Below, in pieces: positions 1-8,399 of a stretch of DNA of 64,000 bases; the stretch's first letter is position 1; each line of letters begins with the position of its first letter. This DNA is from an uncultured Chloroflexia bacterium. GTDB lineage: Bacteria; Chloroflexota; Limnocylindria; Limnocylindrales; CSP1-4. The stretch lies in assembly GCA_963757765.1 (NCBI GenBank), contig CAVWSL010000013.1, forward strand, positions 65,302-129,301, written 5' to 3'. Below the pieces are notes generated by a model. It was not told where the DNA came from. It searched no databases and worked only from the letters and a program-made list of their open reading frames with translations. A program made the position numbers and the translations under genes.

Positions 1-183
1 CTCTCGATGATGCTCGACCATCAGATCCGCGAACCGGCATTCCGGGACACCGTCCTGGAGCAGGGCTGGGCGACGCAGGCGGACCTGGACGCCATCTCCG
101 GTTCCAGCAGCGCACTGGCGAGTCGGGACGATCTCTTTGGCTTCGTCGTGTACGTGTGCGCGCTTGGCTGGGTCGACGCATAG
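1..183 (+). CDS. 3' end of an unidentified CDS entering from upstream (possibly a methyltransferase-type C-terminus)
   Basis: The frame is open from base 1 to TAG at 181-183 (...GWATQADLDAISGSSSALASRDDLFGFVVYVCALGWVDA*). No start lies in the window. The family guess is only a weak impression. Confidence 0.3.
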   Translation, partial: LSMMLDHQIREPAFRDTVLEQGWATQADLDAISGSSSALASRDDLFGFVVYVCALGWVDA

Positions 184-454
184 CGGGGTAGCTGGCGGAC
201 GATGGCGGCCACGGCGGCGCGATGGTCGAGCAGGTCCTGGGCCGGATGGTTGCGGACGGCCAGGCGCTGCATTCCTTCGTCTTCGCGGCCACGGACCCCA
301 CCGATCTGGCTGTCCAGACCCGCTGAGCGAGAGGAACTTGATGGGCCTGGGCATGGTGATCTCCCTGCTCGGTGGATTGGGTGGCCCGGGACTCCAGCAG
401 GCTGTGACGGGTCGATGGTCATCGCGGCCGACCCGGGCATCGCCTGGCGACTGG

Positions 455-793
455 TCATCTTCGACAAGCGTCCGGCAGCAGCCGCAGGGCCGCGAGGAGG
501 TCGGGGTCCTGGTAGCGGTCCACATGCTCCGGCTCACGGCCGGGCGCATCCTGGCCAGTGGATGGGATGTCCCGACGAGCCTGGAGATGTCCCGCCGCGA
601 TCCGGAACGCCGAGCGCCACACCCAGGCCGCGGGATCGCGGACCTCGGCGCCCCGTCGGAGAGCCTGGGCGAATGCCTCCGACATCGCGTCGCTCGCGAT
701 ATCGGCATCCCCGCTCCATGCGTGCAGGGCACGCCACAGGCGGTCGCCATCCTTGAGTTAGGCCTGCTCGACGCGCTGTGCCCAGTCGGTCAT
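455..793 (-). pseudogene. ECF/sigma-70-like factor remnant with an in-frame TAA and a lost region 4
   Basis: The minus-strand reading is MTDWAQRVEQA-TAA(758-760)-LKDGDRLWRALHAWSGDADIASDAMSEAFAQALRRG..AWVWRSAFRIAAGHL...LLAALRLLPD. This resembles sigma region 2 and the start of region 4. The frame then stops at 455, and the downstream sequence is not readable as region 4 in any single frame. Confidence 0.35.
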
Positions 794-1010
794 GACCAAC
801 GCACAGTCCATCCCCCATCAAGGGTCGCATCCGGCCCGAAAGTTGACATCCGATATCGAGATCGCGTGACCGGACCAGAGGCGGTGGCGGCAGCGGCGAA
901 GCTCATCGAGGCGGAGCGGGAGGGCTGGGGGTGGGATGGGGAGGACTGGATCGGGACCCCCGCTCCGGCCGGTCGCATCACTGCGACCGGCCGGGTGCGT
1001 GGAGGAGCTG

Positions 1011-2270
1011 TCAGTCTGCGAGCCGCTGCCAGGTCGGGAAGTTCGGGATGAGCTGGTCCGTTCGGGCGGCATCGCCGGTCGCGACGTCGATGAACCAGGT
1101 CCCCTCACCGCCGTTGGTGAGGTACACCGTGTCCCCGTCCGGCGAGAAGTCCCAGTCGTTCTGGGCGCTGGCGACGAAGGCGGGCCCGATCTGGCGTGCC
1201 GGTTCGTCGCCCGCGACCGGCGCGACCACGAGGTGGTCCGCGTTGGCACCGACGACCCAGCGGCCGTCCGGCGAGAAGGGTGCGAACCCGCCACCGTAGT
1301 CGTGGGACAGGCGATCCTCGCCAGTCTCCAGGTCCAGCAGGTGCCCCCACCCGTCCGTCTTGCCCGCGTCGTCGGGCCCCCAGGTCCAGTAGCCGACGGT
1401 GGTCCCGTCCGGTGAGATGGTCGGGCTGCCATAGGCAGTCGCGTCGGGGACCACCGGTGTGATCTGCTGGAGTCCGCTGCCGTCGGCCCCGACCAGGTAC
1501 AGGGCCACCTTGCTTTGTTCGGCCAGCGAGGGCGCACCCCGAAACAGCAGCTCATCGCCGTGCGGTGGCCGCCAGATGACGACGTCCTTAGGTACCACGT
1601 CGCCCAGGTCCAGGTCCACGACGGGCTGGCTGCCGTCCGTCGTGGCGATCGACAGCACCAGCTGCCCGTCGACCGGATGGGTGAAGGCGATGCGCGTGCC
1701 ATCGGGTGACCAGTCGGCCCAGTCGGTGTCAGCGGCCACGGTCGTGGCGTCCATGCCGTCGGCCCCCGCGATCATCAGAGCCTGTGGGCCACCGGGGGCC
1801 CCGCGGGTGAACATCAGGTGGGTGCCGTCCCTCGAGAAGTAGGGTCCCGCATCGATGTCGGGTCCCGTGATGAGTGGCGCGGCCTTCGAGCCCGCGGCGT
1901 CGGAAAGGTAGATGTCGCCTTCGATCTCGTATGCGAGGGCCCCGTTGCGTGCCGGACCATACGGTTCCGGCAGCGCCACACGTGGGCTCGGCAGCAGCGA
2001 CGCGCCAGCGATGGCTGCGGCGCCCAGGGCCAGGATGAGGGCCATCGTGATGGCCGCGAGCGTGACCAGCCGGAACGTCGGCGACCCGACGGCGACTCGT
2101 GAGGAGAGGCGCATGGGAGACTCCTTCATGAGGGCGAGCCAACGCGGCCAGCGGCGTTCGCGCCGCGCGGCCCGGAGGACTTCGGGCACGAGCCGGTCCG
2201 GTTCGCGAGTGGGCGCCATGTCCGCGAGCACGTCGGCGAGCAGTCGCTCGAGTCGCTCGTCTCTGGTCAT
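1011..2270 (-). CDS. Anti-sigma factor: N-terminal cytoplasmic segment, one TM helix and a TolB/WD40-like beta-propeller ectodomain
   Basis: 419-aa ORF overlapping the upstream sigma gene by 4 nt. It has a TM stretch (LVTLAAITMALILALGAAAIAG) and repeated SPDG/FSPDG propeller-like motifs. Confidence 0.7.
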   Translation of the reverse strand: MTRDERLERLLADVLADMAPTREPDRLVPEVLRAARRERRWPRWLALMKESPMRLSSRVAVGSPTFRLVTLAAITMALILALGAAAIAGASLLPSPRVALPEPYGPARNGALAYEIEGDIYLSDAAGSKAAPLITGPDIDAGPYFSRDGTHLMFTRGAPGGPQALMIAGADGMDATTVAADTDWADWSPDGTRIAFTHPVDGQLVLSIATTDGSQPVVDLDLGDVVPKDVVIWRPPHGDELLFRGAPSLAEQSKVALYLVGADGSGLQQITPVVPDATAYGSPTISPDGTTVGYWTWGPDDAGKTDGWGHLLDLETGEDRLSHDYGGGFAPFSPDGRWVVGANADHLVVAPVAGDEPARQIGPAFVASAQNDWDFSPDGDTVYLTNGGEGTWFIDVATGDAARTDQLIPNFPTWQRLAD

Positions 2271-2839
2271 GTCGATCGCTCCCGGACCTGGTGCAACGTG
2301 CCCCCGGGTTCGGAGTCGATCCCGGCACGCAGCGCGGCGAGGCCGCGATGCAGCCGGGACTTGGCCGTCCCGTGGGGGATGTCGAGGACATCGGCCGCCT
2401 CGGTGAGGGGCAGTCCGAGGTAGAAATGGAGCACGATGACGGCACGCTGATCGATGGGCAGCTGACCGAGTGAGCGCTCGAGACGGTCACGGTCGGCCAG
2501 CATCATCGCAGCGTCCGGTTCTCCCGACGGCCTGTCATCGGGCCACACGTGCAGCTCGACGAGGCGCCGACGCCGCTCACGCCGCGCCGCCTGGTAGCAG
2601 GCCCGGATGGTGAGTCGATGGAGCCAGGCGTCCCACGCATCGGGGTCCCGGAGCGCACCCATGCCCTTCCAGGCTGACACGAGTGCTTCCTGGACCGCGT
2701 CCTGGGCACGGTCCCCGTCGCGAAGGATGAGGGTGGCGATGGCGTACTGGCGCGACGTCGACGTTCTCACCAGGCTGGAGAACGCCTCGAAGTCACCCCG
2801 GATCGCTCGTTCCACGAGCTCTCGTTGCACGGCCACCAC
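2267..2839 (-). CDS. ECF-type RNA polymerase sigma-70 factor
   Basis: 190 aa. Region 2 (DAVQEALVSAWKG...PDAWDAWLHRLTIRACY) and region 4 (LPIDQRAVIVLHFYLGLPLTEAADVLDIPHGTAKSRLHRG) are both present. GTG start, 4-nt overlap with the anti-sigma gene. Confidence 0.85.
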   Translation of the reverse strand: MVAVQRELVERAIRGDFEAFSSLVRTSTSRQYAIATLILRDGDRAQDAVQEALVSAWKGMGALRDPDAWDAWLHRLTIRACYQAARRERRRRLVELHVWPDDRPSGEPDAAMMLADRDRLERSLGQLPIDQRAVIVLHFYLGLPLTEAADVLDIPHGTAKSRLHRGLAALRAGIDSEPGGTLHQVRERST

Positions 2840-3117
2840 CGCTGTGACACGGCCGACCTGACCGCGTTCGGACTATATGTGTGGCGTAACCACCGAAACG
2901 GTTCCCTCCGCCGCGAACTTCATCGCGAGCCTCCACGACGTGGGTCGACTCGAGGATGTGCGTCCACGCCGGGTGCTCGAGATCGCACGCGTTGCCGGCC
3001 ACCACATCCGGCGACTTGACCCGACTGGATGGCCCTCGCGGATGGTTCCCGCCATCGCACCCTGGACCCCATACGGTTGGCCGACGGGTCGGGTGCGCGT
3101 CTATGGGGCTTCTTGCC

Positions 3118-4398
3118 CTAGCCGATGGCGACGTCGCGCTCCGACATGCCGTGCAGATCCAGATCGACTACTGCCATCTCATCCCCGACGCGGACCCGGT
3201 AGTGGCCGGCGAACCCCTCGATGGCAACGCGACCCTCGTCATCCGCGATGACCGTGGTCGCGGGAAGCCACCAGTCGCCCTTGACGAGGCGCGAGAGGGC
3301 GTGGAACGCGGGCTTCGGTGTGCCGTCGGCCCGTACGAGGCCAGACGGCGCCCCGAGCCACGACCCGCTGTCGGTCAGCCCCCAATAGGTGATGGACCGC
3401 ACGGCGGGGTGACGCACGAGCGTGGTGTAGTGCCGCACGAGCTCCTCCGCCTGGCGCTCCTCGCCGTCAGGCGTCGAGGGCCACTCGGGCACCTGGTGAT
3501 CGTTGAGGTCCACGATCTCGGGCGGCATGAGCCGTCCCGACAGGAGGGTCGTCTCGCTCATGTGCAGGGGAAGCCCGAAGCGCGCAAACCGCTCAAGTAC
3601 CGAGAGCGTCTTCGCCTCACCCCAGTAGCCTTGGTGCATGTGACTCTGCAGACCGATCCCATCGATGGAGATACCAGCCTCGAGGCAGCCCTCGATCAGG
3701 TGCTCGTAGTCCGCTGACATGTCGAAGTCGTTCAGGATGAGCGTCGCGCCCGGGTTCGCAGCGCGGGCCGTCTCGAACGCAAGCCGGACCATCCCCACGC
3801 GCCCGAGCCGCTGGGCAAGAGGGGTGATCGCGTTCCCCTCCTTCTCGAACACCGGCATGATCACCGCCTCGTTGATCGCATCCCAGGTGCTGATCGCGTC
3901 GACGAACCCGGTGACCTCCCGTGTGATCCGCGTCCTGACGGCGGCCTCGACCGCTGCGGATGGGAGGTCGAGCAGCCAACGCGGCGCCAGCGTGTGCCAG
4001 ACGAGCGGGTGACCTTTCACCGTGCAGCCGCGATCGCCGAACCATCGCGCCGCCCGCAGGAGGCGCGTCGTATCGGGGTGGCCGGGATCGGGCTCGAAGT
4101 CCCGCCAGTAGAACGGCAGCGTCACGGTGTTGAACAGGTGGAACCACAGCTCCACGAGGCGTGGCACAAGGTCCGGTGACGCACCGCCGAACGAGGTGGG
4201 GCGTGCGGGTTCGGCCTCGCCGTTGGCCAGGGCGATGAAGTCGAAGCCGATGTTGCCGAACTGGAACGCGTGTCGCACCTGCTCGACCGAGACGGGCGAC
4301 CCGCGGAGGGGCGTACCGTCTCGCCCGACCAGCCGCAGGGTCGCGCGGGTCATGCGGTGCTGGTAGTCGGGCCCTGCCCCACAACGCGCGACGTTCAC
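3118..4398 (-). CDS. Glycoside hydrolase family 10-like (endo-1,4-beta-xylanase-like), no signal peptide seen
   Basis: Contains GHPLVWH, WDAINEA (acid/base-like), LILNDFD, IDGIGLQSHM and LHMSETT (nucleophile-like). The true start may be the internal MTRATL at 4353. Confidence 0.75.
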   Translation of the reverse strand: MNVARCGAGPDYQHRMTRATLRLVGRDGTPLRGSPVSVEQVRHAFQFGNIGFDFIALANGEAEPARPTSFGGASPDLVPRLVELWFHLFNTVTLPFYWRDFEPDPGHPDTTRLLRAARWFGDRGCTVKGHPLVWHTLAPRWLLDLPSAAVEAAVRTRITREVTGFVDAISTWDAINEAVIMPVFEKEGNAITPLAQRLGRVGMVRLAFETARAANPGATLILNDFDMSADYEHLIEGCLEAGISIDGIGLQSHMHQGYWGEAKTLSVLERFARFGLPLHMSETTLLSGRLMPPEIVDLNDHQVPEWPSTPDGEERQAEELVRHYTTLVRHPAVRSITYWGLTDSGSWLGAPSGLVRADGTPKPAFHALSRLVKGDWWLPATTVIADDEGRVAIEGFAGHYRVRVGDEMAVVDLDLHGMSERDVAIG

Positions 4399-4453
4399 TC
4401 CAACCTCCTCCAGTCCCGCCCCGGCCGGTACCGCCTCTGGCCGGGTCCGGGTG

Positions 4454-4693
4454 TCAGGACCCTGTCGCCACCCGGCGCGGCCGCGCCGGCCCAGTGGACT
4501 CGCGGACCACCATGGATGTCGAGAGCTCGATGCGCTGGATCTGGCGCGTGCTGCCGCCCGCGAGCTCGACCACGATGCGGGTCGCCTCCCGGGCCATCTC
4601 CTCGAGCGGCTGTCGGACCGTGGTCAACTGGGGCGTGACCCACGACCGGTTCACCGCCAAGCGCACAGGCCCTCCGCCGGACGCGGCGCTCAA
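4454..4693 (-). pseudogene. LacI-family regulator, C-terminal fragment only
   Basis: The 79-aa ORF contains the characteristic C-terminal ...PQLTTVRQPLEEMAREATRIVVEL...IELSTSMVVRESTG. No HTH or sugar-binding N-terminal part can be read in one frame upstream (4694-4900). Only degraded similarity is seen there, spread across frames. Confidence 0.5.
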
Positions 4694-5181
4694 GCTGGGA
4701 ACGCCAGCATGGGATCGCCTCGTGGTCGAGTTTCACGGGGGGTCTGGCGCCCGCGTCTGGGCCGAGGTCCAGGGATCCTCGAAATACCCGGATGCCTTGG
4801 ACGAAGCCCTTGCCCTCTGGCGCGCGGTGTTCGAGGAGTGGCTCGCCCATCGGGGCCAGGTGCTCGCCCCAGCCTCCATGGACGAGCTCCGACATGCGCT
4901 CGGCCTAGGCAAGGATTGACTGCCCGAGCGGCGATCGAGTTCGAGCACCCAGCGCGATGAGTCCTGCCCCGCCAGTGGCGCCGACCGGGAGCGGCCCCTC
5001 TGGCACAAAGGCCTGAAATGACGAGCCCACCCGGGCGCGTCTACACCAGCGACGAGGTCTGCACGGTCCGGGACGGCAGCAAGCTGTATGACTACGACGA
5101 GGTCGACGATCCGATCCTGCCATCAGCGGTCACCGGGCAACCTTCAACGAGCCCGATGGGCCTGCTTGTGCATAGGATGAG

Positions 5182-5267
5182 TGGCGGAGAGGGTGGGATT
5201 CGAACCCACGAGGCTTTCGCCCGGCGGTTTTCAAGACCGCTGCCATCAACCACTCGGCCACCTCTCC
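5182..5267 (-). tRNA. tRNA-Ser (anticodon UGA), CCA encoded
   Basis: The reverse complement reads GGAGAGG-TG-GCCGAGTGGTTGATGGC-A-GCGGT-CTTGAAA-ACCGC-long variable arm-GTGGGTTCGAATCCCAC-CCTCTCC-G-CCA. Acceptor, anticodon and T arms all pair. The long extra arm is typical of Ser. Confidence 0.9.
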
Positions 5268-5315
5268 CCACCCGGAGTGTACCGTCCGAGCCAGCGGCTG
5301 ACCCCGTACGTCTTT

Positions 5316-5357
5316 GGCTATTGACAATAGCCATCAAGGCTATGTACAGTAGCTATT
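5316..5357 (+). promoter_or_regulatory. Putative promoter with overlapping operator half-sites for the DUF4260-TetR operon
   Basis: AT-rich island containing TTGACA (5321-5326), an 18-nt spacer and TACAGT (5345-5350). The start codon follows 8-11 nt after the -10, so the mRNA looks leaderless. There is a 17-bp palindrome GGCTATTGACAATAGCC (5316-5332) plus further GGCTAT/AGCTATT repeats. Confidence 0.45.
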
Positions 5358-5358
5358 A

Positions 5359-5853
5359 GTGATGGGCACGACGCCCATCGCAACGCATGATGGAGCGACC
5401 AGCATGGGTCACCCGATCACCACCGCCGTTCCTGCCATCGATCGCCAGGTACGGGCCTGGCTCCGCCTCGAAGGACTGGCCGCCCTGGTCGCCGGCGCGG
5501 TGGTCTATGGTCGGCTCGGCGGGGACTGGCTCTGGTTCGTGCCCGCGATGCTCGCAGTGGACATCTCGATGGCCGGGTACCTCCGCGGGCCGCGGGTCGG
5601 CGCCTTCGCCTACAACCTCGCCCACGACTGGGCGACCGGCCTTGCCATCCTGGGTGCTGGCCTGGCCATGGGTATCCCGGTCCTCGCGATGGTGGGAGGC
5701 GTGCTGGTCGCGCACGTGGGGATGGACCGCGCAGCCGGGTATGGCCTGAAGCTGACGACCGGGTTCGCCGATACCCATCTCGGTCGCATCGGCAAGGACC
5801 GGGCGGCTGCCGTCGCGGCCTCCACCGCCGGCGTCCTGCCGACCGTAGGATGA
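5359..5853 (+). CDS. DUF4260-like small integral membrane protein
   Basis: 164 aa with about 4 hydrophobic helices and the motifs DISMAGY, YNLAHDW and HVGMDRAAGYGLK. 4-nt overlap with the downstream TetR gene. Confidence 0.65.
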   Translation: MMGTTPIATHDGATSMGHPITTAVPAIDRQVRAWLRLEGLAALVAGAVVYGRLGGDWLWFVPAMLAVDISMAGYLRGPRVGAFAYNLAHDWATGLAILGAGLAMGIPVLAMVGGVLVAHVGMDRAAGYGLKLTTGFADTHLGRIGKDRAAAVAASTAGVLPTVG

Positions 5854-6452
5854 GCCCCGCCATCGCGCGCACCTCCAACGACGCCATCATCGAGGCGGCT
5901 CGTCTCCTGCTGGAGGCGGGCGGTCCGGAGGCCGTCACGATGCAGGCGGTGGCGGATGCGGTGGGTGTCCGCGCGCCCTCGCTGTACAAGCGCTTCACGG
6001 ACCGCGCAGCGCTCGTGACCGCACTCGCCGATGACGTGGCGGCGGACCTCGCGGCCGCGGTGGAACCGCCGGCACACGTCCGGGACGCACAGCGGGCATT
6101 GCGCACGATGGCCACGCGCTATCGAACCTTCGCTCACCGGTCGCCGCGCGCCTACCAGCTCCTGTTCGGTGCGGCCGGCGTCCCCGGCGGCGCGCCATCA
6201 CCGGGCACCGACGCGTTGGCCGCGGCCGGGGTGCTCCGGGTCGCCACGGCCCTGGTCGGTGCCAGCGACGCGCTCGCGGCTGCCCGGCTGCTGGTCGCCT
6301 TCGCCCACGGGTTCGTGAGCATGGAGCTCGCAGGGGCCTTCCGGTTGGGCGGCGACGTGGATGCCGCCTGGGACTACGGCATCGACACCCTCATCGCGGG
6401 GCTGACGGGCCGAGCAGGCTCCCCGCCGGACGCGGCTGACGGATCTTCATGA
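5850..6452 (+). CDS. TetR/AcrR family transcriptional regulator
   Basis: N-terminal TetR HTH (AIIEAARLLLEAGGPEAVTMQAVADAVGVRAPSLYKRFTDRAALV). 200 aa. Confidence 0.85.
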   Translation: MSPAIARTSNDAIIEAARLLLEAGGPEAVTMQAVADAVGVRAPSLYKRFTDRAALVTALADDVAADLAAAVEPPAHVRDAQRALRTMATRYRTFAHRSPRAYQLLFGAAGVPGGAPSPGTDALAAAGVLRVATALVGASDALAAARLLVAFAHGFVSMELAGAFRLGGDVDAAWDYGIDTLIAGLTGRAGSPPDAADGSS

Positions 6453-6536
6453 ACAGCGAACGGGACCGACCATGGCGCAACGTCGACAGGTGGCGCGCGA
6501 TGGTGACCCGAAGGCGACCGGACCACCGGCTGACGG

Positions 6537-6956
6537 CTACCCCGCAAGAGCCAGCGTGATCTTCTCGACCATCGCGGCCTCCTCCGGCACCACCCCGCCC
6601 TTGGCTTCGGCGACCTTGTTGGCCACCGCGAGCACGAACGCCCGATAGGCCTCGAGCTCATCGGGTGCCTTGGTCGTCAGCAGCGTCACCGAAGCCGCCA
6701 GGGCCGCGATGGTCTCGGCCTCGATCTTCTGGGGCGACGCGGTCAGCCCGAACCCACTGTGGGTCGCGCCAAGCTCGCGCACGAGTTGGCTCGCGCTGTG
6801 AGCGTGTTCGGTCGACATCTCCTTGGCGAGTGCGTTCGCCTCCCCGAAGCTATCGGTGAAGTCCTTGTGGGCGAGCGACACCAGCATGCCCGCGCCAGTG
6901 ACGCTCCGGCTGAGGGTCTTCCACTCGTCCTCGGTGAAGTCTGCCTTCGTGGCCAT
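6537..6956 (-). CDS. Conserved-looking hypothetical protein (helical, about 139 aa)
   Basis: Protein-like sequence begins at MATKADFTEDEWKTL (ATG at 6956). The upstream 28 codons of the tracked ORF look like GC-driven extension. Confidence 0.55.
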   Translation of the reverse strand: MATKADFTEDEWKTLSRSVTGAGMLVSLAHKDFTDSFGEANALAKEMSTEHAHSASQLVRELGATHSGFGLTASPQKIEAETIAALAASVTLLTTKAPDELEAYRAFVLAVANKVAEAKGGVVPEEAAMVEKITLALAG

Positions 6957-7097
6957 CTCGTGCTCCTCGTGCTCAGTGGTGGGTCCGACCGGCGTCCAAC
7001 GGTCAGGTCGTGGATGTGGATCCAGTGCCCGAAGGGCCACCAGTCGGTGCCCAGCGGAGATGACCAGCGCGCGGCGCCCCCAGAGCGTCGGCGTGGC

Positions 7098-8399
7098 TCA
7101 TGCCGCGCTGATCCGCTCCCCCAGTCGGGGTCGCAGGGCGTCCGGCACCCGGATGGAGCCGTCCGACTCCTGATAGACCTCCATGATCGCGGCCACGGTG
7201 CGCGCGAGCGCAAGTCCCGATCCGTTGAGGGTGTGCAGGATCTCTGGCTTGGCCCCGGCGCTCGGACGCCAGCGGATGTTCATTCGACGCGCCTGGTAGT
7301 CCCGGAAGTTGGAGACCGAGCTGACCTCGAGCCAGTCCTCCGCTCCGGGCGCCCAGACCTCGAGGTCGTACTTCTTGGCCTGGGTGAAGCCGACGTCACC
7401 GGCGGCCATGAGCTTGACCCGGTAGGCCAGGCCCAGGCGCTGGAGCGCGACCTCGGCTCGCCCGACGAGCCACTCGAGCGTCGCTCCGGAGTCCTGTGGC
7501 CGCTCGAAGCAGACCATCTCGACCTTGTCGAACTGGTGCACCCGCAGGATGCCCCGGGTCTTGGCGCCCGCGGCCCCGGCCTCGCGCCGGAAGCAGGGCG
7601 AGTACGCGACGTATCGGATGGGCAGTGACGCAGCCTCGATGATCTCGTCCCGATGGATGTTGGTGACCGGCACTTCCGCGGTCGGCACGAGGTACAGCTC
7701 GTCGCGCGTGACCACGTACATCTGGTCTTCCTTGTCCGGGATCTGACCCGTACCTCGCGCCGAGGCGATGTTCACGAGCGCGGGTGGCCAGATCTCCGTG
7801 AAACCGTTCTCCCGCGTGTGCAGGTCCAGGAACAGGTCGATGAGGCTGCGCTGGAGCGCAGCACCGGCGCCCTTGTAGATGGGGAACCCGGAGCCGGCGA
7901 CCTTGGCACCGGCAGCCAGGTCGATCATGTCCAGTGCCTCGGCGATCTCCCAGTGCGGCTTGACGACCGAGCCGTCCGCGTCGGTATGGGGTCGCGGCTC
8001 ACCCCAGGTGCGCACGATGACGCTGGCCGAGGCGTCACCGGGCGGCACGTCGGGGTCAGGCGGGTTCGGGATCTGGAGCAGCAGCTCATCGAGCGACGCC
8101 TGGGCCTCGCCGACGATCACGTCCAGCTCGGCGATGCGAGTCCCCATCTCTGTGGAGCGGCCACGGAGCGCCGCCACTTCCGGCGCGTCGGGCCTCGCCC
8201 CACCTTTGATCGCGGCGCCCATCTGCTCGCTCACCAGCTTCCGCTCGGCCCGCAGGTGGTCGGCCTCGCCCAGCATCACACGGCGGCGAGCGTCGAGCGC
8301 CAGCGCCTCGTCGACCCGTGCCGGATCCTCGCCCTTGGCGATCGCTCCCTGGCGGATGGTCGCGGCATCGTCGCGCAGCCGCTGGACGCCGACGCTCAC
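7098..8399 (-). CDS. serS: Seryl-tRNA synthetase
   Basis: 433 aa with an N-terminal coiled-coil arm and a class II core (FRREAGAAGAKTRGILRVHQF, GSGLALARTVAAIME). Confidence 0.95.
   Translation of the reverse strand: MSVGVQRLRDDAATIRQGAIAKGEDPARVDEALALDARRRVMLGEADHLRAERKLVSEQMGAAIKGGARPDAPEVAALRGRSTEMGTRIAELDVIVGEAQASLDELLLQIPNPPDPDVPPGDASASVIVRTWGEPRPHTDADGSVVKPHWEIAEALDMIDLAAGAKVAGSGFPIYKGAGAALQRSLIDLFLDLHTRENGFTEIWPPALVNIASARGTGQIPDKEDQMYVVTRDELYLVPTAEVPVTNIHRDEIIEAASLPIRYVAYSPCFRREAGAAGAKTRGILRVHQFDKVEMVCFERPQDSGATLEWLVGRAEVALQRLGLAYRVKLMAAGDVGFTQAKKYDLEVWAPGAEDWLEVSSVSNFRDYQARRMNIRWRPSAGAKPEILHTLNGSGLALARTVAAIMEVYQESDGSIRVPDALRPRLGERISAA

Noticed and set aside
137-1051. 304-aa plus-strand ORF at the window start
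   Set aside because: It has a Gly/Arg/Pro-rich composition with no motifs. The opposite strand carries recognisable sigma-factor region-2 sequence.
2895-2910. GGAACC element as an autoregulated ECF promoter upstream of the sigma gene
   Set aside because: I could not find a matching -10 (CGT/GTT-type) element at the expected 16-17 nt spacing, so the evidence is too weak to annotate.
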